Positions 10,266-19,836 of a DNA stretch of 64,000 bases are shown one piece after another (position 1 is the first letter of the stretch; each line of letters begins with the position of its first letter). A program made the position numbers and the translations under genes. The stretch is taken from IMG/VR virus record IMGVR_UViG_2617271072_000004, positions 32,001 to 96,000 of that record. One strand, written 5' to 3'. Below the pieces are notes generated by a model that was not told the DNA's origin, made no database searches, and saw only the letters and a program-made list of their open reading frames with translations. This DNA is from a virus (taxonomy: Duplodnaviria; Heunggongvirae; Uroviricota; Caudoviricetes).

Positions 10266-11465
10266 TTACCTCACCTCCAGTCTCCATACCGCCTGACCAA
10301 TCCGGCTGGCATGGGTATCTTTGGATACTGTTCCATCTTTAGCCAGCTCCATAAGAATTTTGCGCAAATCTGCCGACCGCCATTCTTCATCAGGAAATTC
10401 CTTCTCCATTGCCAACCGCAGATTCCAGGTTGCCATCCTGAATGGATATTCCCCGCCGAGAGCTTTATCTTGCAGGGCAGCCCGGGAACGCATCACCTGC
10501 AAAACCTTCTCTTTTACATCCATCATTTCGCCTCCTGCGGCGGTTCTGGTAGCGGCATCCAGAACAAGGCGTTCCCTACCCTGAAGCATGGCAGCGTGGC
10601 AGGCATCCTCTACGCCTTTAACTGCATCTGCGCAGTAGTTATAGCGATTGCATTCCACTAACTTCTGCTTGAGATTTTCAATTGCTTGCGCGACATCATC
10701 CTGTATTTCCGGAACTGGCGGAACGGCTGTCTGCTGCTCTCGAACGTCATTAGTCGCTATCGGTTCTGCTGCCAACTGACTGGCATATTTGTTAATGGTA
10801 ACGATAAGCTCTTGCTCAGCCTCATCCAGACAATCACCGATACCTCGCCTGTCACCGTCAAAATCATCGAAATCGGCACGAATCCTGGCAACCTTCAGGA
10901 TTGCGGACAACACCTCACTAGGAATTGCCGGATAGTTGGTTGACGTTTCCGCGATTTCCCGAAAATTATTGGTTGACGAATTCTTGTTTTCCCGAAAGTT
11001 TCCGGACTGAAGCATGGCGGCGCGGCAGGCGTTAAGCGCGTTTTGCACGCGTTTAGCGTTCTGTACTTCGTATTTAGGTGCGGCTGCCAATGCCCATAGC
11101 CAACCAATTTCATAGCTATCAGCTTTTGATAGAGCACATTCCATTTCCAGTGTTATTTTCTTAGGTACGAGTTGCCAATCATCTGGCACTACCGGTGCTG
11201 GCAGCTCGCGATACAGCGAGATTACACGACGCGGGTCCGCATATTTATCTGGCGGACACTGAAATATCTCACCGAAACCATACTTCCTGACATCGCGCAG
11301 TTCCTCTTCATCAGTCCATGCCACCGGTTCTGCTTCCAGCGATGCCAGAGCAATCCGTGCCAGCTCTTCCGCTTCTTCTGCTGGCAGTACAACGTTGCTA
11401 CCAGGTCCGTATGTTTCGCGCCACTGCTTGATTGTCAGCAGTCGCTCTTTGGTAATAGTGATCAT
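10266..11465 (-). CDS. hypothetical protein (399 aa) with internal duplicated motif AC(R/H)AAMLQ
   Basis: long ORF; internal repeat suggests a duplicated domain. Confidence 0.65.
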   Translation of the reverse strand: MITITKERLLTIKQWRETYGPGSNVVLPAEEAEELARIALASLEAEPVAWTDEEELRDVRKYGFGEIFQCPPDKYADPRRVISLYRELPAPVVPDDWQLVPKKITLEMECALSKADSYEIGWLWALAAAPKYEVQNAKRVQNALNACRAAMLQSGNFRENKNSSTNNFREIAETSTNYPAIPSEVLSAILKVARIRADFDDFDGDRRGIGDCLDEAEQELIVTINKYASQLAAEPIATNDVREQQTAVPPVPEIQDDVAQAIENLKQKLVECNRYNYCADAVKGVEDACHAAMLQGRERLVLDAATRTAAGGEMMDVKEKVLQVMRSRAALQDKALGGEYPFRMATWNLRLAMEKEFPDEEWRSADLRKILMELAKDGTVSKDTHASRIGQAVWRLEVR

Positions 11466-12166
11466 GCCGCGTTTCCTTCTTTCTTATTAACAATTACACC
11501 GTCATATATTTCATTAAGGTGCCCTCTCAACTCCATGCGCCTTAATGCAGATAACATGTAATCGCATTCAACCTGCTTATTTCCAGTAAATGGCTTATCG
11601 TCAGGATTACCCCAACAGCAATTACCCTTGGGCCACCCATGTACTTTCCGTACTCTTCCGTTAACAACGTGAAGTAATCCCCAGCCAGGTGGTAAATCCT
11701 CAATTGAAATAATTCCCGGCTCACTAATAAAGAATCGCCAGTCGCCCATGCCAAGTGAGGGATTTTTACGGAAACGCTTTTTTCTATCTGCCAACAAGTC
11801 AGCACGAGAACACTTCGCCTCTATCAGGCATGATGCTGAATTTCTGAACCCCATAGCATCTGGCTGTTCTCCGGTACTGGTTACAGCTATAAAGCGGTCA
11901 TGAAAACAAACCTTGAACCCGTTGCGCTTAAGGAACTTGTACGCAATTTGACAGAGTTCGCGGTGTGTTAACGCCATATCACTCTCCTTTAGTGCGCAAA
12001 TGGTTTTTCCAGCGGTTTTGCGCCGCGCTGGGCTTTTGCAAAAACCACAATCCATCATCCCGTAATATTTCATCAACCCCATCCGTCGGTTGCTGAGTCT
12101 CACCCACTGCCAGACGCCAGGAGCGTTTCTACGAACTAACAGAATCTTTGCTTTACGGTTTTTCAT
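11462..12166 (-). CDS. putative PD-(D/E)xK-type nuclease-like protein (234 aa; start uncertain)
   Basis: motif QPDAMGF...CLIEAKCS consistent with a D...ExK catalytic core. Confidence 0.5.
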   Translation of the reverse strand: MKNRKAKILLVRRNAPGVWQWVRLSNRRMGLMKYYGMMDCGFCKSPARRKTAGKTICALKESDMALTHRELCQIAYKFLKRNGFKVCFHDRFIAVTSTGEQPDAMGFRNSASCLIEAKCSRADLLADRKKRFRKNPSLGMGDWRFFISEPGIISIEDLPPGWGLLHVVNGRVRKVHGWPKGNCCWGNPDDKPFTGNKQVECDYMLSALRRMELRGHLNEIYDGVIVNKKEGNAA

Positions 12167-12512
12167 CTTACAGCGTACCCTTTCTTCCGCCTGTTCTGTG
12201 ACGCAGTAGGCTTACGCTTTGCGGCAAAAGCCACCTGACCAAATGGATGGAGTACCGCTATCTTATGGTTGCTAATAACCAGCTCCACCACACGCACAGG
12301 TCGCTGTAAAAAAAAGTCGTTTTGCCTTACGGTTTTTCATCGCTTTGCTCTCCTGCGTCTCTTTGCTGCTCGTCGTGCCGCTGCAATACCGGTATGGCGG
12401 CGCTTTGGTGCCGGGATGATGTTGTCAGCCATCAGGACATGTGGCTTTGCAATTAGCGCAGAAGCCCAAAAACGAGTCGGGTACGGTAACAAGCCGATAC
12501 ATGCCACACGCA

Positions 12513-13211
12513 CTACTCACCTCCGTTGATGCGAATGCCAGCGGCACGGGAATCATTCCATCGCTTTACTTCTTCACGAATTACGTCAATGCATTCTTTC
12601 GAATCCATTAGGTAATCTTCATCAAAAAGCCTTTCCTGTTCGTTTTCTATCGCAACAATGATTGCTTCAACTAACTTTTGTGCCTGAGAACCACTTTCTA
12701 ACTCTGCAATGCGCTTCTCTGCGGCTTCCAGCTTCTCGCGCATATCGTCAACGTACTCGACCAGAGATCCGCCAGCAGGAATTTCGCACTCCTCGACCAG
12801 TTGGAAGTAGATATCAGCTGCGGCCCGTGTGTTGCTATGCCTAGCGTCGCCCATCTCACCTTCACGAAGAGCATCGCGTTCGGCGGTAAGATTGGCTATT
12901 TTGCTGTCTTTGCCTTCCAGCTCAACGCGAAGCCTCCCTACCGTTAGCGCAATTTCCTCGTTCTCCTGGTCACGGCGTTTGATGTATTGCTGGTTTCTTT
13001 CCCGTTCATCCAGCAGCGCCAAGACGGTAGCCGGATTGGCTGCGGCGATGAATTCAGCATCACGAGATTCGTTTTCACTGAACACCATAGCTATTTGCTC
13101 ATGCTTTATGCCGTCAGTGGAGTAAATCTCATCGTCGAATTCAACAGCCCACTTACCTTTCGTAGCCTTCTCCGCCGCCTCGCGCAGTTCTTGATAGTTA
13201 ATTTTGCTCAC
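12513..13211 (-). CDS. Ead/Ea22-like protein (232 aa), paralog 1
   Basis: GTG start with AAAGGAGG ribosome-binding site; N-terminal SKINYQELREAAEKATKGKW. Confidence 0.65.
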   Translation of the reverse strand: MSKINYQELREAAEKATKGKWAVEFDDEIYSTDGIKHEQIAMVFSENESRDAEFIAAANPATVLALLDERERNQQYIKRRDQENEEIALTVGRLRVELEGKDSKIANLTAERDALREGEMGDARHSNTRAAADIYFQLVEECEIPAGGSLVEYVDDMREKLEAAEKRIAELESGSQAQKLVEAIIVAIENEQERLFDEDYLMDSKECIDVIREEVKRWNDSRAAGIRINGGE

Positions 13212-13275
13212 TGGTTGCCTCCTTTGCGAAGCTGGGCAGCAAAGTCAACTAACCACTCAGTCATTTCAACCTTCC

Positions 13276-13920
13276 CTACCAGGTCTGAACCAGGGTGCAT
13301 ACAGCAATCACTCTGCGCCGCTTTGAAATCCTTATACTCATATTCTTGGGCCACCAGATTTTTGCAGCTTCTATAGCAGCATCCACCCCCTGCGCCCGAA
13401 CTTCAGCCAGGAAAGCGTCGGTGGCTGGAATTTGCGGCATCCCTCCGTCTGTTGCGCAGATATACGCATCAGATATTTCATCCTGCTGGCCATCAAACAC
13501 GTAGCAACAGCCCCTGATAAACAGCTTCATTGAGGCATTCTCCACTGCCAGCGCCGTGCGATTACCATCCAGCTCTGCAATGCGCTGTTTTGCGGCATCC
13601 AGTTCAATCGACAATTTTTCCAACTGCTCTTGATGCTTCTTGTATTCCTGATATGCGTGCCAAGACTGACCTTTGCGCACACTATCAGTGATATCAGTAA
13701 TCTGTTCTGGTGTTAGCGTGGTCAGTGGCTGTGATGGGAAAATAAGCACTTTCCCGGAATCCCAATCAAAACCAGCGTGAATTGACTGAACCTCAACTGA
13801 AGGTGTTGAACCAATGCTGCCAGGCGAATGAACAACGATTGTTACATCCATATCGCGACGATGGCTGTGGTTGTTGGACAAAATACGATTCACCAACTCA
13901 GAAAATTTGGAAAATTTCAT
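13276..13920 (-). CDS. hypothetical protein (214 aa) sharing motif PATDAFLAE(V/I)RA with the gene at 14204-14905
   Basis: ORF; shared internal motif; C-terminus may be frameshifted at an A5 run. Confidence 0.5.
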   Translation of the reverse strand: MKFSKFSELVNRILSNNHSHRRDMDVTIVVHSPGSIGSTPSVEVQSIHAGFDWDSGKVLIFPSQPLTTLTPEQITDITDSVRKGQSWHAYQEYKKHQEQLEKLSIELDAAKQRIAELDGNRTALAVENASMKLFIRGCCYVFDGQQDEISDAYICATDGGMPQIPATDAFLAEVRAQGVDAAIEAAKIWWPKNMSIRISKRRRVIAVCTLVQTW

Positions 13921-14240
13921 GCTGATTCCCCTTTCTCTGCTCTCTCCTGTCGGAACATCACTATCATCAGGTCGCCTTTTGTCGCTATCCTGGCTGTTGT
14001 ACCTGGTTCAATGCGGCTAAGCTCAAATGCGTCATAGAACGCTTCTAATGCCTTCTGGCGTAGTTCCTGTTTGCGCCGTTTTTTCCACTGTTTTAGGAAA
14101 ATGGAACCCAGCCATCGCCATGTACGGGACATGATGTAAAGCCAACCGAGAAGTGCCAGACCGGTATTTAGGAGCGTATCGATCGTTATTGTCGTGTCGA
14201 TATTCACTGGCTGCTTCCTTTGCGAATCTGTTCCGCCCAT
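13917..14240 (-). CDS. hypothetical small membrane protein (107 aa)
   Basis: ORF with a hydrophobic segment; overlaps neighbours. Confidence 0.3.
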   Translation of the reverse strand: MGGTDSQRKQPVNIDTTITIDTLLNTGLALLGWLYIMSRTWRWLGSIFLKQWKKRRKQELRQKALEAFYDAFELSRIEPGTTARIATKGDLMIVMFRQERAEKGESA

Positions 14241-14905
14241 TCTTCAAGGGATTTCTCCGCATATTCACCAGACAGGCCATCAATCGGATGCGCTTCATTA
14301 GCCAACTCTTCTTTCGCTGACAAAATCATGCGTGTAACGTCGAAAACTTCACGCAAAGACTTATTGATAAATCCGTGATTGAACGCAGCAGCAAGACGGC
14401 TGGCGGTATAGTTAATCCCCTCGTTGCGTGCTTCCGCACGAATTTCAGCCAGAAAAGCATCGGTAGCTGGAGTTTCGCTGTGGTGTAGGGCATCGTTGAT
14501 AATCATTGCAGCAACACCAGCCTGCCCTGCATCCGTGACCGACACATGCTCAAGAGTTACGGCCATTGCGTGTTTCAGCCCGGCGTTCTCTGCCACCAGC
14601 GCCGCGAGCTTAGTCTCAAGCGGTGCTATTCGGCACATAGCATCAATATTTGTGTCCTCCAGGCGCTTAATTTCACCAAGTAGCGCCAGTGCAACCTTTG
14701 GGTTGAATGCGGCAACATAACGAGCGTTGTTCTCTGCGTTTTTCAGCCCATCAAAGCCGGTCCATTTGATAACATCTTCACATCGTTTATCACCGGGCGT
14801 ATGCACCGCATACGTACCAGTACCCGGCGAAATAAATGCGACCCATTCGCCCTGTGTTGCCTGTTTTGCTATCTCACGCAGTGCCCGGTAATTAATTTTG
14901 CTCAC
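14204..14905 (-). CDS. Ead/Ea22-like protein (233 aa), paralog 2
   Basis: GTG start at 14905 with AAAGGAGG ribosome-binding site; N-terminal VSKINYRALREIAKQATQGEW. Confidence 0.65.
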   Translation of the reverse strand: MSKINYRALREIAKQATQGEWVAFISPGTGTYAVHTPGDKRCEDVIKWTGFDGLKNAENNARYVAAFNPKVALALLGEIKRLEDTNIDAMCRIAPLETKLAALVAENAGLKHAMAVTLEHVSVTDAGQAGVAAMIINDALHHSETPATDAFLAEIRAEARNEGINYTASRLAAAFNHGFINKSLREVFDVTRMILSAKEELANEAHPIDGLSGEYAEKSLEEWAEQIRKGSSQ

Positions 14906-15134
14906 TGGCTGCCTCCTTTGCGGAGTTGCGCTTCGATGCACGAAAAAAAAGACTCCCGAGTATGACTGTTAAGAGCTGGTGCGAACGCCGCGTTAAGAAC
15001 GGCAGCATCACAGCCGTCATCAATATAGAGCGCAATTTTTTTTCTCCAGGCGCGCTTTGGCTTCCTGCAACTGCATACCCCGGCACGCACGCGGGATATA
15101 ATCAGCAATTTGAGCGATAGCTTTTTCGTTCTGT

Positions 15135-15338
15135 TTAAACATGCTTCACCTCGATAGGCTTGATGGTGTCTAACAGCAGTCGACGGCGCGTATTTTCTGC
15201 AAAGTGGCGGCGTCCGGTATCTTTGTGGTAAAACTCATTTTTGCCGACGACCCACATCCGCTCTGTTTGGTGCAGTTTTTTTACCTTCGGGCCATCTTTG
15301 GTGATCACGGTACCGGTATGGGTTTTTACGATTGTCAT
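15135..15338 (-). CDS. hypothetical protein (67 aa)
   Basis: ORF translationally coupled to the PAPS-reductase-like gene. Confidence 0.45.
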   Translation of the reverse strand: MTIVKTHTGTVITKDGPKVKKLHQTERMWVVGKNEFYHKDTGRRHFAENTRRRLLLDTIKPIEVKHV

Positions 15339-16213
15339 TCCACTACCTCTTCGAATTTCAACTCCAATTGGTCACCCCAGATTTCACATGATTCGGAACA
15401 CGAACCAGTATCAAACCGCTTGGCCAGCACCATCGCCTGATACAAATTTCTGTAGTCACTGTCGGCATACATTCTGGCAATCCCGTCAAGCGTCAGGTGG
15501 CCACGGTACATAACGTCTTTACCTGTTCTGCGATGACCATCCCTGACGTGTTTGCCTGTAACCAGTTCATTAAAAACCCGCATCAGACCTGGTTCGTCTT
15601 TACATGCAAGCCCCAGCTTTTGCGTTGACTTTTTGATGCAAAAAACACAGTTCCCGAGGTGCTCCGGGATTTGCAAATCAAAAGGTTGTTTTCGCCACCA
15701 CCGGATAACATCCGACTTATCAAAATCTGACAGTTCGGCAAGATACCGGACGCCCGGTTTCGGTTTCAGCCTACGGGGTTCGTCCGCACGAATACCCAGC
15801 CATGTGATGTAATTCCCTCGCCCAAAATGGTCATCGCAATATTTCGTGAAAGGGGTGAGTTTTAGCCTTTCAGTACAGAACGCGCCGCCGATGTATGGCG
15901 TACCGTACTTTTTAACCATGTCCATAAACGGTTTAAGCACCGGCATTCGCGTCTGAATATCCTTTGGTTCCCATTCCGTATAACCATTTGGCTTCCCAAT
16001 TTCTGGATTTATATCGACCTGCAACACCGTTAGCGGTACGTTCCAGAACTTCACAACCTCACGAATAAAGCGATACGTCAGAGGATGTTCACAGCCGGTA
16101 TCCATAAAAATGAAATGGACGCTAGCGCCAGCTTTTCGCTGTGCTTCCATCAGATGAACGAGATAAGCCGATGTTCGTCCACCTGAAAAGCTGACGACTT
16201 GATGCATACTCAC
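15335..16213 (-). CDS. phosphoadenosine-phosphosulfate reductase family protein (PP-loop ATP pyrophosphatase fold, 292 aa)
   Basis: N-terminal PP-loop SFSGGRTS; CysH/DndC-like family. Confidence 0.8.
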   Translation of the reverse strand: MSMHQVVSFSGGRTSAYLVHLMEAQRKAGASVHFIFMDTGCEHPLTYRFIREVVKFWNVPLTVLQVDINPEIGKPNGYTEWEPKDIQTRMPVLKPFMDMVKKYGTPYIGGAFCTERLKLTPFTKYCDDHFGRGNYITWLGIRADEPRRLKPKPGVRYLAELSDFDKSDVIRWWRKQPFDLQIPEHLGNCVFCIKKSTQKLGLACKDEPGLMRVFNELVTGKHVRDGHRRTGKDVMYRGHLTLDGIARMYADSDYRNLYQAMVLAKRFDTGSCSESCEIWGDQLELKFEEVVE

Positions 16214-16216
16214 GGT

Positions 16217-16795
16217 TTATTCCTGAATGCGCTTAAACTCGATTACCCATACCAACGGGTTAGATAGCCAGTTATCCTGCCCGTAAATACTGCGCCAGAT
16301 ATCACCAAAACCAACGCGATAAACAGCTTCAGATGGCGTAATCTTGTACGTCGCCGGAGTTGCGCCTTCTGCTTTAGCATCTGCCTCGCTCATGTCATGC
16401 AGCCGTTCCACACGCACGTCGGTAATTTCCAGAAGAATGCGCGATGCCCAGCGCGGCATGTGAATTGATGGCGTCCACTTTTCTGATACTGGTTTATTAC
16501 AAACCTCGACCGGAACCCGGTGCGTTTGTTCTGTCCAGGAGTTACGCACGCTTGCGCGATAAACCAGCGTTGCGACGTCCGTCGCTTTGCCATGTACCCG
16601 GTAGGTTTCGCGAACCCAAATACGATCGCCCGGTTGACCATATGGACAATGCTTGGCAAGCAACTCTGCGGCCACTGCCCGTCCATAGAATTTTTCTTCA
16701 ACAATCCTGCGAGTCTGTGTTTTATTCCCGCCAAGAATTGCCCGGACCATCTCATCGTTAAAAATCATGCCGCGCTCTTTCACTTCGCCTTTCAT
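16217..16795 (-). CDS. ASCH/PUA-like domain protein (192 aa)
   Basis: motif ILGGNKTQTRR resembling the ASCH GxKTxExR signature; strong ribosome-binding site. Confidence 0.5.
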   Translation of the reverse strand: MKGEVKERGMIFNDEMVRAILGGNKTQTRRIVEEKFYGRAVAAELLAKHCPYGQPGDRIWVRETYRVHGKATDVATLVYRASVRNSWTEQTHRVPVEVCNKPVSEKWTPSIHMPRWASRILLEITDVRVERLHDMSEADAKAEGATPATYKITPSEAVYRVGFGDIWRSIYGQDNWLSNPLVWVIEFKRIQE

Positions 16796-16809
16796 ACATC
16801 CCCCTTACC

Positions 16810-16896
16810 CATGTGCGACGATGCCGCCAAAAGTGATAGAGAACAGCCAGAAATAGATCGCGGCCATAATGATTTTGAATGCCGTGTTCATATTTT
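16810..16896 (-). CDS. possible small hydrophobic peptide (28 aa)
   Basis: ATG with AGGAG ribosome-binding site; MNTAFKIIMAAIYFWLFSITFGGIVAHG. Confidence 0.25.
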
Positions 16897-16973
16897 CAGC
16901 TCCTGTGATTGATTGGATACATGCCGCGCCTTGCGGCATGTTTTAATTTTCACTTTCTCTGTTTTAAAAATCA

Positions 16974-16990
16974 AGATTTATTAGAGCAAT
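16974..16990 (-). promoter_or_regulatory. C1 repressor operator
   Basis: minus-strand ATTGCTCTAATAAATCT (16/17). Confidence 0.75.
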
Positions 16991-17496
16991 TATTGTTGAT
17001 GAAGAAGTGCATTTTCATATTCCCTGACCATTAACGTAAGTACGCCGTGACTCCTGAAAACACGCGCCACTTCAATCTTATCTTCCAGCGCGAACGCAAT
17101 TTTACTTAGACCAATTTTCTTCAGGAGATCAATCTTTGCAGGGCCGTCATTTCTGTCATCGGTGGCAGGACGCATAGATAGCAAAGGCTCAGCCCCATTT
17201 GTTACGTGCTTACGCAGCCAGGCTCGTGTTTTATCCCTTGCGATCTCACAGCGCCCGGTTACAAACCAGACCGTGTAAACGTTAAATAACTGGCGCACCA
17301 TATCAATAACCGGAGTGATGGGAGTATCGGTGTCACAGGCGAGATTAAACTCGTTCCAGTCCTTTGTTAATGCACCTTTACCTGGTGGCGGAAGCAAATG
17401 CAGTCTGTCTTCAGTTGCCTCTGATATTGTTCCATCAATATCGACTATGACGATATACGGACGTTCCTGGTGTGCGTGTTTATTGAAAATACTCAA
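16990..17496 (-). CDS. HAD-superfamily phosphatase-like protein (168 aa)
   Basis: motif I VDIDGTIS (DxDGT) near the N-terminus. Confidence 0.65.
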   Translation of the reverse strand: MSIFNKHAHQERPYIVIVDIDGTISEATEDRLHLLPPPGKGALTKDWNEFNLACDTDTPITPVIDMVRQLFNVYTVWFVTGRCEIARDKTRAWLRKHVTNGAEPLLSMRPATDDRNDGPAKIDLLKKIGLSKIAFALEDKIEVARVFRSHGVLTLMVREYENALLHQQ

Positions 17497-17569
17497 ATGC
17501 CCTCCTCATTGGACGAAAAAAAATGCTGGTGGGCGCACTCCACCAGCATTAAAAGTGACGCTGTAACTA

Positions 17570-18832
17570 TCAGCGGACGTAAATAGTGCCGCCGTTCTCT
17601 TTTTCCCATGCATCGCTACGTGCATAGCAAACATCGAGAAGTCTTCTTGCCGCTGTTTCCTCTAAACCCAATTCGACAACCAACTGCTCATGACGGCGGG
17701 TAACCACATCAAACAGGGTATGCAACCCTTTAGTTGCCAGATCATCAATGAATTCCGGTTCGAACGGCAGCTCTGCATCTGCCAACATAACCTCTTGCGC
17801 CCACTCAACTCGACGGACCAATTCCGGGCGGCGGCTTTCCATCTCTTTACAGATCAATTCATGGAAGAACTCTACCCAACCTTCCGGCTGGAACTCGCGG
17901 AAAATTGCCAACGGCTGGAAGTTTGGCATCAACCATTCGTTGATTCGGATATCAATGGCATAGCCCATGTCGCAGCAGAACTGATAAGCAAAGTCCAGCT
18001 TAGAAACGATATAAGGACGCTCGTTATTGAACTCTTTAGGCGATGAGATCCCATAAGCCAGGAGGCGCGGGAAGAAGGAGATTTGCCCTAACGTCGGATG
18101 AAGTTTGCTTGCAGGGAAACGGCGCTCAGTAATGCCATACATTTCCTTCTTGAGCGTCGCAAATTTGGCATTCTCATTAACCAGCGCGGTAACCTCTGCT
18201 TTTTTATTAGCAAATGCCACGCGCGCTTCGCTTGCATCTTTAATAGTTTTTTTGAGCTGTTGGTTAAGGTCGGCGACCTGCTTACGCAGTTCCTGTCGCT
18301 CGCTTTTAGCTTTGTTATAGCGTTTCTCAAGGTTAAAAGGATCAAGTTTCATGATCTCTTTATATTGAGATTTTAGCGTTGAAATCTGTGAGTTCCGCAG
18401 TTCAACCATCGCGGTCATTTCATTGAGTTTTGTTTCCAGCTCAATGCTTATACGTTCGGCATTATCAGCACGCTGGTTGGCGTCATGCGTCGCATCGTCG
18501 ATCGCGTCCTGTTGCTGGCGTTTCAAATGTTCAATTTGTAGCTGAAGCTCTTCAATTTCTTTACCCTTCAGACCGAGATCCAACTGCATATTTTCAGCTG
18601 CATCTACCAGGGAGTTATGGCTATCAGCTTCTGCGTTATAAACATCAATAAGCTGTGCGTGAAGCATCTCCGCTGACTGAACCGCATTATCAAAAAAACG
18701 CGCTGTGAGGTCATCACAACTAACGCGGCGTTGCGCGGCCCGGATGTTCTGGATAATGGCCGGGATACCGGCATTCAGGACGTCAGGGATAGATACATTT
18801 TCGATTGATTGGTTTTGTGCTGAAGTGATCAT
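17570..18832 (-). CDS. hypothetical protein with long N-terminal coiled coil (420 aa)
   Basis: long ORF; heptad-rich N-terminal half. Confidence 0.65.
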   Translation of the reverse strand: MITSAQNQSIENVSIPDVLNAGIPAIIQNIRAAQRRVSCDDLTARFFDNAVQSAEMLHAQLIDVYNAEADSHNSLVDAAENMQLDLGLKGKEIEELQLQIEHLKRQQQDAIDDATHDANQRADNAERISIELETKLNEMTAMVELRNSQISTLKSQYKEIMKLDPFNLEKRYNKAKSERQELRKQVADLNQQLKKTIKDASEARVAFANKKAEVTALVNENAKFATLKKEMYGITERRFPASKLHPTLGQISFFPRLLAYGISSPKEFNNERPYIVSKLDFAYQFCCDMGYAIDIRINEWLMPNFQPLAIFREFQPEGWVEFFHELICKEMESRRPELVRRVEWAQEVMLADAELPFEPEFIDDLATKGLHTLFDVVTRRHEQLVVELGLEETAARRLLDVCYARSDAWEKENGGTIYVR

Positions 18833-18833
18833 T

Positions 18834-19103
18834 TCAAAGTTCCGTATTAGCTTGTGCTTCGGTCATTTTTCCTAAGTATGAAGGAGGAAGGACTACGCAA
18901 TTTGTATCCAGTCCCTCACCTATGGCAGCCTGTAAAATTCTGGCTAAGGTGAGTCTCTTGTTGCGATACCTGGTGATGACATGCCTGATACCGCCGGTCG
19001 GCGTAACAAAGGCGATCAGCCAGTAGTGATATTTCCGTCGGAATGGCCACATAGTGCACCTTGTAGATTGCTCTAATAAAAAAACGTGATGAGTGTACAT
19101 CAC
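18834..19103 (-). CDS. hypothetical protein (89 aa)
   Basis: ORF between the operator pair and the 420-aa gene. Confidence 0.4.
   Translation of the reverse strand: MMYTHHVFLLEQSTRCTMWPFRRKYHYWLIAFVTPTGGIRHVITRYRNKRLTLARILQAAIGEGLDTNCVVLPPSYLGKMTEAQANTEL
19067..19083 (+). promoter_or_regulatory. C1 repressor operator
   Basis: ATTGCTCTAATAAAAAA (14/17). Confidence 0.7.
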
Positions 19104-19116
19104 GTTTTAAAAATAT

Positions 19117-19133
19117 GGAATTATTAGAGCAAT
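19117..19133 (-). promoter_or_regulatory. C1 repressor operator
   Basis: minus-strand ATTGCTCTAATAATTCC; paired with the operator at 19067-19083 around hairpin AACGTGATG-N7-CATCACGTT. Confidence 0.7.
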
Positions 19134-19134
19134 A

Positions 19135-19836
19135 TTATTCTAATTCTCGCTCAAAAAATGAGCTGATAAGGGGAAGCCAATCCTCTGACACTTCGCGAGG
19201 TCGCGGTTTGCCGTGGAAAAAGATTATTCGGCAGTCTTTTGGTAATGCCCCATTCCCCCTGGAGTAACGCGCGCTCGCATATTTTGAACCAGGTTCCACA
19301 ACATCGGCCTTGTAACTTACAAACCATCCTGGATACAGATCCTGAAATGCTGGTGTATCATCGCCCATAACCTTTCGTAAGAACCCCTGGTCACCCCAGC
19401 ACTCAGTAGTGACACAACGAGAAATCCAACCTTCCGGATCTTGCCAGAATGAACTCCAGATATGCGCTTTAACACTATTTGGTATCCACAGGGCACCGCT
19501 GCCACGATATTGTGGATGGTAAAAATCCCTAAGCATGGTGAAGCTGGTTGGTGGATGCTCTAGGATTGGGCGTATATCACCGGCAATAACCGTGTCCAAA
19601 TCCAGATAGAACAGATCATCGGTTATATCCGGTCGGAACAACTCGATTTTCGCCCACCAGCCACGGCACTTTTGCCACTGGTTGATCAATGGGATAACTT
19701 TGACGCCAGGTACATGTAAACACTTCAGGTCTGTCAGGCAAATAATTTCATAGTCTTTTGGCAGTTGATTAACCAGCCACTGCACATCGGAAGCGTTATA
19801 GTCACCACCAGAGCGAAGAACTAAAGCAATCTTCAT
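19135..19836 (-). CDS. hypothetical protein, possible GT-A-type nucleotide-sugar transferase (233 aa)
   Basis: DxD-like [11 protein letters not shown] motif after an N-terminal beta-alpha segment; weak assignment. Confidence 0.45.
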   Translation of the reverse strand: MKIALVLRSGGDYNASDVQWLVNQLPKDYEIICLTDLKCLHVPGVKVIPLINQWQKCRGWWAKIELFRPDITDDLFYLDLDTVIAGDIRPILEHPPTSFTMLRDFYHPQYRGSGALWIPNSVKAHIWSSFWQDPEGWISRCVTTECWGDQGFLRKVMGDDTPAFQDLYPGWFVSYKADVVEPGSKYASARYSRGNGALPKDCRIIFFHGKPRPREVSEDWLPLISSFFERELE

